NCBI GenBank assembly: GCA_038231455.1
Contig: JBBRLI010000001.1
Location: 64,001 to 128,000 of the forward strand
Length of the DNA stretch: 64,000 nt
DNA from: Vulcanimicrobiales bacterium
GTDB taxonomy: Bacteria > Vulcanimicrobiota > Vulcanimicrobiia > Vulcanimicrobiales > Vulcanimicrobiaceae
Direction of reading: 5' to 3'
Under the pieces are notes generated by a model. The model saw nothing but the letters and a program-made list of their open reading frames with translations, was not told the origin of the DNA and did not search any database. Shown one piece after another: positions 28,731 to 38,973 of the stretch. Numbering within the stretch: the first letter of the stretch is position 1; each line of letters begins with the position of its first letter. The translations under genes were made by a program, and so were the position numbers.

Positions 28731-31700
28731 ATGGCCGGTTCCTCGCCCGTCGCACGACTGGTGCGCACATTCCTCGATTCGAAGCTCACCGTGTTGCTCA
28801 TCGCTGCGAGCACCTTGTTCGGCATTGGCGCGCTGCTCGCGACGCCGCGTGAAGAGAATCCGCGCATCACGGTACCAACCGCAATCGTCTCGACCGACGC
28901 TACGGGCCGATCGCGCGACGAAATTGCGCGCCTAGTAACCTTGCCGCTCGAGCGGCTAATCGGCCAAATCGCGAACATCGATCACGTCTACACTTCATCG
29001 AGCGACGGGAATTCAACGATCACGATCCGCTACAAAGTCGGCACCGATACAAATCAAGCATACGTGGACCTCTACACGCGTCTACTCGGAAACCGCGCGA
29101 TCTTGCCAACGGACGCGGCGGCACCGGTCGTCAGCCGACTCGACATTGACGATGTGCCGATCGCCGTCCTCACGCTTTCATCACACGTATCCTCCGATGC
29201 GGCTCTCCGGGCAGCTGCTTACCGACTAAGCGATGCTCTCGATCCGATCGCGGGAATCGGTTCGCTCACACTTTACGGCGGCCGCTTGCCAGCCGTTAAC
29301 GTCGTACTCGATCCGCGAAAAATGCAGGGTTACGGCGTCGGCTTCGGCAGCATCGAAACCGCGCTTTCGGATGTCGGCGAACGCGATGCAGGCTATACCT
29401 CAAACGGTCGTTCCCGCGAATCAATTCGCGCCGGCAGCCCATTTTATGACGCCGGCGATATCGCGCGGGCGACCGTGGGCGTGCGCGACGGAACAAGCAT
29501 CGCGCTCGGCGAGATCGCCATTGTCACGCGCGGCTACGAACGGCGCGAGTCGTACTCATGGTACTCACAGCGGGGCGAAGCGTCCGACGCTGCAGCGGTG
29601 AGCATCGCAATCGCGAAACGAAGCGACGCCAACGCCGTAGCCGTCGCGGATGCCGTCCTCGCCGCTTCATCGAACGTAACGTTGCCCTCCGACATGCAGC
29701 TTGACGTCACGCGCAACGACGGCGCAAAAGCAAATGACGCCGTGAACGAACTCTTGCAGCGGCTGATCGAAGCAATCGCGATCGTGTCCGTGCTTTTATT
29801 CTTCACGCTCGGATGGCGTGAGGCAGCGATCGTTGCACTCGCCATCCCGATCACGCTCTTCATCACGCTTGGCACCGGGATGCTCTTGCATCAGTCGATC
29901 AACCGCATCACGCTCTTCGCATTGATTCTCTCACTTGGACTCTTGGTCGACGATGCGATCGTGGTGATCGAGAACATCCATCGCCGCTCCGCGACGGCGA
30001 CGTCCGATCTGCGCGCTGCGATCGTCGATGCCGTCGAGGAGGTCGGCATGCCGACGATCCTCGCGACCCTGACCGTCATTTTCGCATTCATTCCAATGGC
30101 GTTTGTAACGGGCCTGATGGGTCCGTACATGCGGCCGATCCCGATCAACGTGCCGATCGCGATGCTCGCGTCGCTCGGCGTCGCGTTCATCGTCACGCCA
30201 TGGGCCGCAAAACGTTTCCTGCGCCCCAAACCGCACGATGCACCGCGGCCCGAACCGTGGCTCATCCGCCGCTATCGCGCGCTATTAGCCGCATTGCTCG
30301 ATAACCGCCAGAACCGCCGCACGTTCTCGACGGTACTCGTCGTCGCGATGATGATCGCGTTCGCGCTGCCGGTAGCCGGCATCGTCAAATTCCGGATGCT
30401 GCCCGCCCAAAACGAGAAGACCGTCGTCGTCGCGATTGACGAACCGATCGGCACCGATCTCGAACGCACGCGCGCCGCAACGCTCGCGGTTGAACGCGAA
30501 TTGCTCGCCGATGCGAGCGTTCACGACGTGGAGTCCTTCGTCGGCCGACACTCGGTACCGGACTTCAACGGCGTGCTCCGCGGCTCGCTGTTCCGCGATG
30601 CCGCCTGGTACGCCGATTTGCGCGTGAATCTTGTGCCGCCGGGCGCGCGCAGTCGGTCAAGCGAGGAAATCGTACGCGATCTGCGGCCACGCCTCGCGCT
30701 TGCTTCGGTGCCGTTCGCCGCGGCCGTGCGCATCGTCGAAGAACCCCCGGGGCCGCCAGTACGCGCCACAATTCTTGGCGTCATCGAAGGGCCGGATCCT
30801 ACCGTGCGCGCCGGAATCGCGCGGGCACTCGCAACGCGACTGCGCGATGAACCCGGTGTCGTCGACGTCGATACGAGCGATAAAGCGCAGCCGCAACGCA
30901 CGCGCGTGCTCGTCGATTTGCGCCGCGCGGCGCTCAGCGGCGTTACCCCAAGCGTTGCAACCGATGAAATCGCCGCGGCGTTCGGCGGCATCGCAGCGAC
31001 ATCCATCCGCGAGCCGCAAACACGCGACGCGATCCCCGTCATCTTGCAGTATCCGGCCAGTTTTCGCACGTCATCGTCGGCACTCGAACATGCGATGATT
31101 CCCAGTAGAACGGCAGGCGCCGTTCCCCTCGGGAGCATCGCGACCACCACGCGCGAATCGACGCCGCCTGCACTCCAACGCGAAGACGGCATCGACGTCT
31201 CGTACGCGACGGGCGAAATGGCGGGTCGCAGTTCGACGTACGCGGTGATCGATCAATTGATTCGGCTCGCGCGCTTGCCGCTTGCACCTCCGGCATATCG
31301 CATTCGCTGGGACGGCGAATGGCAGCTCACGCTTGACGTGTTCCGTGATCTTGGCGCAGCGATGGGCGTTGCAATCCTGCTGATCTACCTCGTGCTCGTC
31401 GCGCGCTTCGGTTCGCTGCGCACGCCGCTTGTGATCCTCAGCGCAATTCCGCTCGGTCTGCTCGGGGTCTTACCGGGCTTCGCGCTTCTCGCTCCCGCCG
31501 GCGTGTACTTTAGTGCCACCGCGATGATCGGTGTGATCGCGCTCTCGGGTATCGTGGTGCGCAATTCGATCGTACTCATCGAATTCGTTGAAGAACGTCT
31601 AGCCAGCGGCGCGGCGCTGCGCACGGCGCTCATCGATGCCGGAACGATCCGTGCGCGGCCAATCGTCTTGACTGCGGCCGCGGGCATGCTCTCATCGATC

Positions 31701-31880
31701 GTCATCGCGGCCGATCCGGTATGGAGCGGCCTTGCCTGGGCGCTTGTCTTCGGCATGGGCACAAGCGCCGTTCTCTCGCTCTTCGTCATCCCAATGCTCT
31801 ACGCGGGGAAGGCAGCGCAAGCCATCGTGCCCGCACCGTCACCGCACGAATCGCTTCGTGCAGAAAAACTAGGAGTCTAA
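28731..31880 (+). CDS. RND efflux transporter permease (AcrB-like)
   Basis: PREENPRI, GLLVDDAIVVIENI, two TM repeats, GIVVRNSIVLIEF, RARPI. Confidence 0.93.
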   Translation: MAGSSPVARLVRTFLDSKLTVLLIAASTLFGIGALLATPREENPRITVPTAIVSTDATGRSRDEIARLVTLPLERLIGQIANIDHVYTSSSDGNSTITIRYKVGTDTNQAYVDLYTRLLGNRAILPTDAAAPVVSRLDIDDVPIAVLTLSSHVSSDAALRAAAYRLSDALDPIAGIGSLTLYGGRLPAVNVVLDPRKMQGYGVGFGSIETALSDVGERDAGYTSNGRSRESIRAGSPFYDAGDIARATVGVRDGTSIALGEIAIVTRGYERRESYSWYSQRGEASDAAAVSIAIAKRSDANAVAVADAVLAASSNVTLPSDMQLDVTRNDGAKANDAVNELLQRLIEAIAIVSVLLFFTLGWREAAIVALAIPITLFITLGTGMLLHQSINRITLFALILSLGLLVDDAIVVIENIHRRSATATSDLRAAIVDAVEEVGMPTILATLTVIFAFIPMAFVTGLMGPYMRPIPINVPIAMLASLGVAFIVTPWAAKRFLRPKPHDAPRPEPWLIRRYRALLAALLDNRQNRRTFSTVLVVAMMIAFALPVAGIVKFRMLPAQNEKTVVVAIDEPIGTDLERTRAATLAVERELLADASVHDVESFVGRHSVPDFNGVLRGSLFRDAAWYADLRVNLVPPGARSRSSEEIVRDLRPRLALASVPFAAAVRIVEEPPGPPVRATILGVIEGPDPTVRAGIARALATRLRDEPGVVDVDTSDKAQPQRTRVLVDLRRAALSGVTPSVATDEIAAAFGGIAATSIREPQTRDAIPVILQYPASFRTSSSALEHAMIPSRTAGAVPLGSIATTTRESTPPALQREDGIDVSYATGEMAGRSSTYAVIDQLIRLARLPLAPPAYRIRWDGEWQLTLDVFRDLGAAMGVAILLIYLVLVARFGSLRTPLVILSAIPLGLLGVLPGFALLAPAGVYFSATAMIGVIALSGIVVRNSIVLIEFVEERLASGAALRTALIDAGTIRARPIVLTAAAGMLSSIVIAADPVWSGLAWALVFGMGTSAVLSLFVIPMLYAGKAAQAIVPAPSPHESLRAEKLGV

Positions 31881-31881
31881 C

Positions 31882-32103
31882 ATGGCCTTCGCATACTTCA
31901 TGGCCGGCTCGGTCGGTCGTATCATCCGCTTCACCCTGGGTATCGGACTCATCGTCTTCGGCCTGAGCTTACAAAACGGCATTGGCGTCGGACTCGCGAT
32001 CTTCGGCGTCGTACCGCTCGCCGCAGGCATCATGAATTGGTGTCCGAGTGGGATGCTATTCGGGCTTCCGCTGCGAGCGGCCGATATTCTCAAACGTCGC
32101 TAG
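31882..32103 (+). CDS. DUF2892 / YgaP-like small membrane protein
   Basis: GRIIR..LG, two TMs, conserved WCP; AGGAG RBS. Confidence 0.85.
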   Translation: MAFAYFMAGSVGRIIRFTLGIGLIVFGLSLQNGIGVGLAIFGVVPLAAGIMNWCPSGMLFGLPLRAADILKRR

Positions 32104-32115
32104 GGGAACCGCAGG

Positions 32116-32271
32116 TCAGGTCGCGCGCTGAACCAGGAGACTGCGCAAGGTCGCGACCTCTGCGCGTAACTCTTCGGATTGCATCATTGCTGACTGTGCG
32201 GCAATGTGTTCGAAAGCGAAGCCCGATGCTTCCAGTAGAACGCGAAGGACTCCGAGCTCCTCCGGATCGAT
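32116..32271 (-). pseudogene. Possible 3'-terminal remnant of a larger gene (GAF-like terminal helix plus coiled coil)
   Basis: 52 codons IDPEELGVLRVLLEASGFAFEHIAAQSAMMQSEELRAEVATLRSLLVQRAT*, preceded by an in-frame stop and lacking a start at the 5' end. Confidence 0.35.
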
Positions 32272-32413
32272 CTAATCGCTGGTAACCGCGCAATTTAAGC
32301 CAAAGCAAGCATCCTCCTTGCCCGCATTTCAGCCGCAAAGTAGCGCACCGAGGGAAGATCGACCAGGGGGCATCGAATACGGGAAATGCATCGTCCATCT
32401 TGAGGAAATAAAA

Positions 32414-32665
32414 ATGTCGTTACATGATCCCGTGAACGACCAAGAGATTCTCAACGGGTTGGCCTCGCTCCACCAAGCTATGGTGACGGGCTTCGATGCT
32501 CTGCGAAATGACATGAGCGCCGGATTCGCCAGACTCGACGGCGAGATCCTCAACGTTCGCAACGATGTCTCCCGCCTTGAGCAGCGCATGCTGCGCCGGT
32601 TCGATGAAGTGGACGAGAGGCTCGATGGCCACGAACGCCGGATTACGGCACTCGAAGCGAGATAG
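32414..32665 (+). CDS. Small coiled-coil hypothetical protein
   Basis: GAGGA RBS; heptad pattern FDEVDERLDGHERRITALE; own terminator. Confidence 0.7.
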   Translation: MSLHDPVNDQEILNGLASLHQAMVTGFDALRNDMSAGFARLDGEILNVRNDVSRLEQRMLRRFDEVDERLDGHERRITALEAR

Positions 32666-32667
32666 AG

Positions 32668-32699
32668 AAAACGGGCCCGCTGAAGCGAGCCCGTTTTTT
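32668..32699. terminator. Bidirectional intrinsic terminator
   Basis: AAAACGGGC-CCGCTGAAGCGA-GCCCGTTTTTT between convergent genes. Confidence 0.85.
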
Positions 32700-32717
32700 C
32701 ACTGGAGCGCGAGGAGC

Positions 32718-33899
32718 TTAAGCCACTTCGAAGAGGCCCGCGGCACCCATTCCGCCGCCGATGCACATCGTTACGACGACGTGCTTTGCTTTACGGCGTT
32801 TGCCTTCGATGAGCGCGTGCATCACCATGCGCGCGCCGCTAACGCCGTACGGGTGGCCGATCGAGATCGCGCCGCCGTTGACGTTAAGGCGTTCGTTTGG
32901 GATGCCGAGCGTGTCGCGGCAATACAGCGTTTGCACGGCGAAGGCTTCGTTGAGTTCCCAGAGATCGATGTCGTCGATCTTCAGACCGTGACGTTTTAGG
33001 AGTTCGGGCACCGCGAACACAGGACCGATTCCCATTTCGCCTGGATCGCAACCCACGACAACGAGCCCGCGATAAATTCCGAGCGGACTAAGGCCGCGCT
33101 TTTCCGCCAGCTTGCTGTCCATCATCACGACGGCGGCTGCGCCGTCCGAGAGCTGCGATGAATTACCGGCGGTGATCGTCGAGTTCTTATCGAGCACGCC
33201 TTTGAGCGAGCTTAGGCCCTCGAGCGTCGTATCGGGACGATTGCCTTCGTCCTTCATCAGGGTCACTTGCTCTTCTGAGACGGTGCCGTTCTCTTTATTA
33301 TCGACGTACTTCCACGTCGTGAGCGGAACGATCTCCGCATCGAACGCGCCTGCGGCTTGCGCTGTGGCCGTGCGCTGCTGACTCTGGAACGAATACTCGT
33401 CCTGCGATTCGCGCGAGACTTTATAGTGTTTGGCAACGTTGTCGGCGGTCTGCAGCATCGGCATGAAGACGTCGGGCTTGTTGCGCAAGAGCCACTCTTC
33501 AGTGAAGCCCTTCATGTGCAGATCGTTCTGCACCATCGAGACGGACTCGCAGCCGCCTGCGACGATCACTTGCGCTCCGTCGGCGATGATGCGACCGGCC
33601 GCGGTTGCAATCGCTTGTAGACCTGATGCGCAGTAGCGATTGATCGTCGTGCCGGGAACGCGGTCGGGGAAACCGGCGCGGAGCGCGGCGTTGCGCCCGA
33701 GATTGTGTCCGGTTGCGCCCTCGGGCAATCCGACGCCGATGATGACGTCTTCGATTTCCGCCGGGTCGAGGTGTGCGCGCTCGGCCGCGTGTTGAACCAC
33801 ATGACCGGCGAGCGTCGCACCGTGTGTTTGGTTGAACGCGCCGCGGAACGCACGCCCGATGGGCGTGCGCGCGGCCGAGACGATTACCGCCTCAGGCAT
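32718..33899 (-). CDS. Acetyl-CoA C-acyltransferase (thiolase)
   Basis: [33 protein letters not shown]. Confidence 0.96.
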   Translation of the reverse strand: MPEAVIVSAARTPIGRAFRGAFNQTHGATLAGHVVQHAAERAHLDPAEIEDVIIGVGLPEGATGHNLGRNAALRAGFPDRVPGTTINRYCASGLQAIATAAGRIIADGAQVIVAGGCESVSMVQNDLHMKGFTEEWLLRNKPDVFMPMLQTADNVAKHYKVSRESQDEYSFQSQQRTATAQAAGAFDAEIVPLTTWKYVDNKENGTVSEEQVTLMKDEGNRPDTTLEGLSSLKGVLDKNSTITAGNSSQLSDGAAAVVMMDSKLAEKRGLSPLGIYRGLVVVGCDPGEMGIGPVFAVPELLKRHGLKIDDIDLWELNEAFAVQTLYCRDTLGIPNERLNVNGGAISIGHPYGVSGARMVMHALIEGKRRKAKHVVVTMCIGGGMGAAGLFEVA

Positions 33900-35988
33900 G
33901 AACTAGCTCCTTGCTGTAATCAGCGATTTTTCCACCGCGCTGCGCGATTTCGGCAAGCAGCGGTGCGACATCCCAACCGAATTCTTTCATCCGCGCGACG
34001 ACCTTGGCCACGCCAACTTCATCGGCGTACCACATCGGACCACCGTGATGCGGCGGGAAGCCGTATCCGTAGATGAACACGATATCTTCATCGCCCGGAC
34101 GGAACGACACGTCTTTACGTAAGAGATCGGCACCGACGTTAGCGAGAGCGTACGTGAGGCGCTCGATGATTTCCGTGTCCGTGACTTCGCGCTGAGCGAT
34201 GCCGGCTTTCTTCACTTCTTCCTGCACGAGCGCTTCGAGTTCGGGATCGGCGATCGGCTCGCGATTGCCTTTCTCGTACTTGTAGAAGCCTTTGCCGGTC
34301 TTTTGGCCCCAGCGTTTGGCTTCGTACATGCGATCGATGATGTTCGTGCGCTTCGCACCGAGTGCTTCGGCGCGTTCTTGTTGGATATGCCAGAACACGT
34401 CGACACCCGAGAGATCGAACGTGGCAAACGGCCCCATCGCAAAACCGAAGTTCTTCATGACTTTGTCGATGCGTGAAGGCGAGATCCCCGATTCGAGGAG
34501 ATACATCGCTTCGCGCGAGTAGTCGAAGAACATCCGGTTGCCGATGAAGCCGAAGGCGTTAGCCGAGACGACCGCGACTTTTTTCAGCGTCTTGCCAAGC
34601 TTGACGGCTGTTGCAAGCGTCTGCGGCGAGGTGTCTTTGCCGCGCACGATTTCGAGCAGCTTCATGATGTTGGCTGGCGCGAAGAAGTGCAGGCCGACGA
34701 ATTGACCCGGACGCTTCGTCACCGCTGCCATCTCATCGATGTCGAGCGTTGAGGTATTGGAGGCGAGGATCGCCGAGGGTTTGGCAATCGCGTCGATCTT
34801 CGCGAAGACTTGCTTCTTCACGTCCATGTTCTCGAAGACGGCCTCGATGATGAGGTCGGCGTCCGCGAGTTCGGCAAAGTCGCTCTCCCATGCAATCGAC
34901 TGACCGCGCTTCCAGGCTTCTTCTTGCGTCATCCGGCCCTTGTCGACCTGATACTTGAACATCCCAAAGACCATCGTCTTCGAACGCTCGACCGCTTCGT
35001 CGCTCGTTTCGATCAGCGTGACAGGGATATTCGCGTTCGCAAACGTGATCGCGATGCCGGTCCCCATCGTGCCTGCGCCGATAACGCCGGCCTTCTTGAT
35101 TTCCAGCGGCTCCGACGGCGGCGCACCGGGAATCTTGCTCAGCTCGCGCTCGGCGAAGAAAATATGGCGCAGCGCAGCCGAGGGTTCCGAGCGCACGAGT
35201 TCCTCGAAGAGACGCGCTTCACGTGCAAGACCGTGCGCGAAGTCGAGCTCGAGTCCCGCAGCGACGGCATCGATCAGCTTGTGTGCCGCGTAGCCGCCAT
35301 TGTTTTCGGGCGGGACCATCTTGTGCGCTTGCGCGACGACAAACGGAACGGCGAAGAGGCCCATGCCTTTGATGCCGAGATCCGGCTTGCGCGCGGAAAC
35401 GCGACGTTTGGGCTCTTTTGCTTTCGCGAGCATCGCGATCGCTGCATCGACGACATTGGCGGTGACGACTTCATCGAGGATACCGAGTTCTTTTGCGGCT
35501 TCGGCTTTGTGCAGGTCGCCTTTGAGCATAACTTCGAGGGCTTTTTGCGCGCCGATCAGGCGCGGCAAACGCTGCGTGCCACCGGCACCCGGCAACAAGC
35601 CAAGCTTGATTTCGGGCAGGCCAAGTTTCGATTTCTCCGTTGCGATACGGTAGTCGCACGTGAGCGCGAGTTCCATCCCACCGCCGAGCGCCATCCCGTC
35701 AATCGCCGCAACGTAGGTTTTTTTGCTGCGTTCGACGGCAGCCATGACGTCGCGCGCGGTCTTCGTGTCGGGGCCGGGTTCGGTCGAGAAATCGTTGATG
35801 TCGGCGCCGCCGCTGAAGTTTCCGTTCGCGCCCGTGATGACCATGGCGCGCACGGATGCATCGGCTTCGGCGGCATCGATCGCCGCGACCAGCTCCGCCG
35901 AGGCGGCGAAGCTCATCGCATTGACCGGGGGATTGTTCATTGTAATGATGCGGACGCCGTCGCGGTCGTCCGTGCCGAGGAGTGCCAT
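33892..35988 (-). CDS. Enoyl-CoA hydratase / 3-hydroxyacyl-CoA dehydrogenase multifunctional enzyme (FadB-like)
   Basis: [42 protein letters not shown]. Confidence 0.95.
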   Translation of the reverse strand: MALLGTDDRDGVRIITMNNPPVNAMSFAASAELVAAIDAAEADASVRAMVITGANGNFSGGADINDFSTEPGPDTKTARDVMAAVERSKKTYVAAIDGMALGGGMELALTCDYRIATEKSKLGLPEIKLGLLPGAGGTQRLPRLIGAQKALEVMLKGDLHKAEAAKELGILDEVVTANVVDAAIAMLAKAKEPKRRVSARKPDLGIKGMGLFAVPFVVAQAHKMVPPENNGGYAAHKLIDAVAAGLELDFAHGLAREARLFEELVRSEPSAALRHIFFAERELSKIPGAPPSEPLEIKKAGVIGAGTMGTGIAITFANANIPVTLIETSDEAVERSKTMVFGMFKYQVDKGRMTQEEAWKRGQSIAWESDFAELADADLIIEAVFENMDVKKQVFAKIDAIAKPSAILASNTSTLDIDEMAAVTKRPGQFVGLHFFAPANIMKLLEIVRGKDTSPQTLATAVKLGKTLKKVAVVSANAFGFIGNRMFFDYSREAMYLLESGISPSRIDKVMKNFGFAMGPFATFDLSGVDVFWHIQQERAEALGAKRTNIIDRMYEAKRWGQKTGKGFYKYEKGNREPIADPELEALVQEEVKKAGIAQREVTDTEIIERLTYALANVGADLLRKDVSFRPGDEDIVFIYGYGFPPHHGGPMWYADEVGVAKVVARMKEFGWDVAPLLAEIAQRGGKIADYSKELVHA

Positions 35989-35990
35989 GA

Positions 35991-37808
35991 CTACGCCGTC
36001 ACCATCACGTTGCGATCGAGGTCGTATTGCGCTTCGGTCATCGTCATCACGTCTTCTGCACCGTGCACGATCGTGTGCTGGTACCACGAGGCTTGGCTGA
36101 GCACGTGATCGACATAGAACTTCGCCGTGATGATCTTCGCTGCGTAGAACGGATCGGTGTCGCCGGCGGCGATCTTCTCCGCGCTAATTTGCGCGGCGCG
36201 CGCCATCTGCCAGCCGCCCGCAACGATGCCCCAAAGTTTGAGATAGGGCACCGAACATGCGAAGGCTTTGTTGAGATCGCCCATCGCGTTCATCCCGATC
36301 CAACCCGAGACTTCACCGAGCGTGTCGATCGCTTTATTCATCTGGACTTTGATCGCGGCGACGTCTTTGTTCGACTCATCGAGCGCGGCGATGGCCTTCT
36401 TCATCTGCTTGACCACGGACGTTGCCGTCGTACCCATGTCGCGGATGAGTTTGCGGCCAACGAGGTCGAGCGCCTGAATGCCGGTCGTGCCTTCGTAGAT
36501 CGAGGTGATGCGGACGTCGCGATACTGCTGCGCGATGCCGGTCTCTTCGATGTAGCCCATTCCGCCGAAGACTTGGACTGCCGTCGAGCAGACTTCTTGC
36601 GAAGTCTCGGTGCACCAGCCTTTGACGACCGGGATGATGAGTTCGATGAACGCTTTATGCTGCTTGCGCACGGCTTCATCGGGATGCTTATGCGCCATGT
36701 CGAGTGAGGCAGCTGCGACGTACGAAAGCGCGCGCATTGCTTCGATTTGCGACTTCATCGACATGAGCATGCGACGGACGTCGGGGTGCCGGATGATGGG
36801 TGCAGCTTCTTTCGATTTGCCGGCGACTTCGCGGCTCTGCACGCGCTCTTTTGCATACGCAAGCGCACTCTGATACGCACGGTCGGCGATTGCGATTGCC
36901 TGCACGCCTGTCGAGAAACGCGCGGCGTTCATCATGATGAACATATACTCGAGGCCGCGGTTCGGCTCGCCCATCATATAACCAACAGCGCCGCCGTCTT
37001 TCTCACCGTAGTTGAGCGTACATGTCGGGTTGCCGTTGATGCCCATCTTGTGCTCGATGCCCGCGCAGAAGACGTCGTTGCGCTTGCCGAGCGATCCGTC
37101 AGCGTTGACCATCATTTTGGGCACGATGAAGAGCGAGATGCCCTTGGTGCCTTCGGGAGCGTCGGGAAGACGCGCGAGCACGAGGTGGATGATGTTCGGC
37201 GCCATGTCGTGTTCGCCGAACGTGATATAAATTTTCTGACCGCTGATCTTGTAGTGGTCGCCCTCCGGAATCGCTTTCGTGCGCACCGCCGCGAGGTCCG
37301 AACCGGCTTGCGGTTCGGTTAAGCACATCGTGCCCGTCCACTCGCCCGAGACGAGCTTATGAATGTAGGTCTCTTTTTGTTCTTTCGATCCGACAAGTTC
37401 GATCGCTTCGATCGCGCCCTGATTGAGCAGCGGGCCGTTCGCAAACCCAACATTGGCGCCGTTCCACATTTCGAGCGTCGGCCCGAGCAGCAGTTGCGGC
37501 AATCCCTGTCCGCCGAATTCTTCGGAGACGGGCAATCCGATCCAACCGGCTTTGGCAAACTTGTGATACGCGTCTTTGAAACCGGTCGGTACCGTAACCT
37601 CGCCATCTTTCCACGTGCAGCCTTCGACGTCGCCCGTGCGATTGATCGGGTCGAGCACTTCGGATGCGAACGTCGCGGCTTCTTCGAGAATCGAGTCGAT
37701 GACGTCGGGCGTATCGCCGAAGCCCGGCAGTTGCGCGACGGCGTCGAGGCCGGCCAGTTCGCGCAGAACGAATTGCATGTCTCGCAGGGGTGCGCGGTAG
37801 GTGCTCAT
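35991..37808 (-). CDS. Acyl-CoA dehydrogenase (long form with C-terminal domain)
   Basis: GTMCLTEPQAGSD, GQKIYIT.GEHD, EHKMGI, QVFGGMG, IYEGTTGIQ; AGGAG RBS. Confidence 0.95.
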   Translation of the reverse strand: MSTYRAPLRDMQFVLRELAGLDAVAQLPGFGDTPDVIDSILEEAATFASEVLDPINRTGDVEGCTWKDGEVTVPTGFKDAYHKFAKAGWIGLPVSEEFGGQGLPQLLLGPTLEMWNGANVGFANGPLLNQGAIEAIELVGSKEQKETYIHKLVSGEWTGTMCLTEPQAGSDLAAVRTKAIPEGDHYKISGQKIYITFGEHDMAPNIIHLVLARLPDAPEGTKGISLFIVPKMMVNADGSLGKRNDVFCAGIEHKMGINGNPTCTLNYGEKDGGAVGYMMGEPNRGLEYMFIMMNAARFSTGVQAIAIADRAYQSALAYAKERVQSREVAGKSKEAAPIIRHPDVRRMLMSMKSQIEAMRALSYVAAASLDMAHKHPDEAVRKQHKAFIELIIPVVKGWCTETSQEVCSTAVQVFGGMGYIEETGIAQQYRDVRITSIYEGTTGIQALDLVGRKLIRDMGTTATSVVKQMKKAIAALDESNKDVAAIKVQMNKAIDTLGEVSGWIGMNAMGDLNKAFACSVPYLKLWGIVAGGWQMARAAQISAEKIAAGDTDPFYAAKIITAKFYVDHVLSQASWYQHTIVHGAEDVMTMTEAQYDLDRNVMVTA

Positions 37809-37819
37809 GTGGTGTTCTC

Positions 37820-38290
37820 CTAGCCTGGAAGTTGGGTGGTCGTGCGGCGGCTGGTGCCCGGTCGTCGCGCGGTAACGGTACGCGGGGGAGTTGCGGATTC
37901 GGCTTTGGGAGCCGAAGCCCCGTAGAGTTCGGTGCGCAGCCGATCGATCGAGGCGGCGAGCGTCTCGAGGTACGGCAGCATATTCGATTTGATACGCTCG
38001 AGGCGGTCGCGACCGGCGGTGGTGATCGCATACATCCGGCGCGAGCGCTTGGTCGGATGCTCCCACTCTCCCGTTATGAAGCCGCGCTCTTCGAGGCGGC
38101 GCAGGAGGGGGTAAATCGTATTGGTGTTCACGGCGACGAGGTCAGAGCAGGTTGCTTCGATCCGCTGCATGAGCCCAAAGCCATGGTCGGGCCCGCCCTC
38201 CAGCATGTGGAGCACGAGCACCGGGAAAATCGTCTTGCTTTTGGCTGGACCTTTAAGGACTTCGTCGGCCCGTGCTTTGGTGGTCGCCAT
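37820..38290 (-). CDS. PadR-family transcriptional regulator heading the beta-oxidation operon
   Basis: HGFGL, IYPLLRRLEERG, RRMYAIT..G. Confidence 0.92.
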   Translation of the reverse strand: MATTKARADEVLKGPAKSKTIFPVLVLHMLEGGPDHGFGLMQRIEATCSDLVAVNTNTIYPLLRRLEERGFITGEWEHPTKRSRRMYAITTAGRDRLERIKSNMLPYLETLAASIDRLRTELYGASAPKAESATPPRTVTARRPGTSRRTTTQLPG

Positions 38291-38355
38291 GATCAGTAAG
38301 AGATTGATAGTTTTACTATTGGTCAAAATCCTTCAAACCAGCATCCTTTGCGCGC

Positions 38356-38739
38356 TCCCAAGATTCTCTCGCAGAACGATCCGGAGTTTCTCGACCAACC
38401 ATCTCGAGAATCGAACGAGGCATCGCCGACGACGTCGGAATCGACGTGGTCCAACGACTTGCCGACGGACTCGGTGTCGCCGTTTCTGAACTCTTCATTC
38501 TCGAAAGCGCAGAAGTTGTGGACGACGCTGAACTCGCTCGGCGTGCCGCAGACGATGACGACGCATTTATTGATTCCGACGCTCTCTCTGCTGCCATCGA
38601 TGAAGCAACCGGAACACCAATCGAACGATACTCCGCTGCTGGGCGTCCAGCCGTGGGTCGTTACATTTCACCCAAAAGTAGCCAAAGAAATAACTCGACC
38701 GGGCCTGTCCGACTCAGCATTTCGACCGACGATTGGTGA
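38356..38739 (+). pseudogene. XRE/HTH antitoxin, 5'-truncated
   Basis: SQDSLAERSGVSRPTISRIERG..VVQRLADGLGVAVSELF is a Cro/C1 HTH lacking helix 1; no in-frame start between stop 38308-38310 and GTG 38446. Confidence 0.7.
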
Positions 38740-38944
38740 CTTGCTCGAACGTCTGAAGAACGATCCCAAGCAATTCGCGAAGAAAAATGGCGATCTAAGC
38801 AGCGCTCGCGCAGCCGAAGCAGCTTTCAACGACGGCGTCGTTTGGCGGGGTGGTTTCACACTTGACGAAAAAAGGCGGACCGTGAAAATCATCTCGTTCG
38901 GCCCGCACGATCGCGCCTATGCGCAAGCGAAGCGCCGTCTCTAG
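38600..38944 (+). CDS. RelE/ParE-superfamily toxin (putative)
   Basis: WVVTFHPKVAKE..LERLKNDP..WR..FTLDE..VKIISFGPHDRAY; basic, 114 aa; overlaps the HTH ORF. Confidence 0.7.
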   Translation: MKQPEHQSNDTPLLGVQPWVVTFHPKVAKEITRPGLSDSAFRPTIGDLLERLKNDPKQFAKKNGDLSSARAAEAAFNDGVVWRGGFTLDEKRRTVKIISFGPHDRAYAQAKRRL

Positions 38945-38973
38945 GCTAGGCTTTGAAGCGCTTCGATTCGATT

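Noticed and set aside
38348-38599. N-terminal 84 aa of the 198-aa track ORF 38348-38944
   Set aside because: This stretch encodes the XRE HTH in another frame; the toxin more plausibly starts at ATG 38600.
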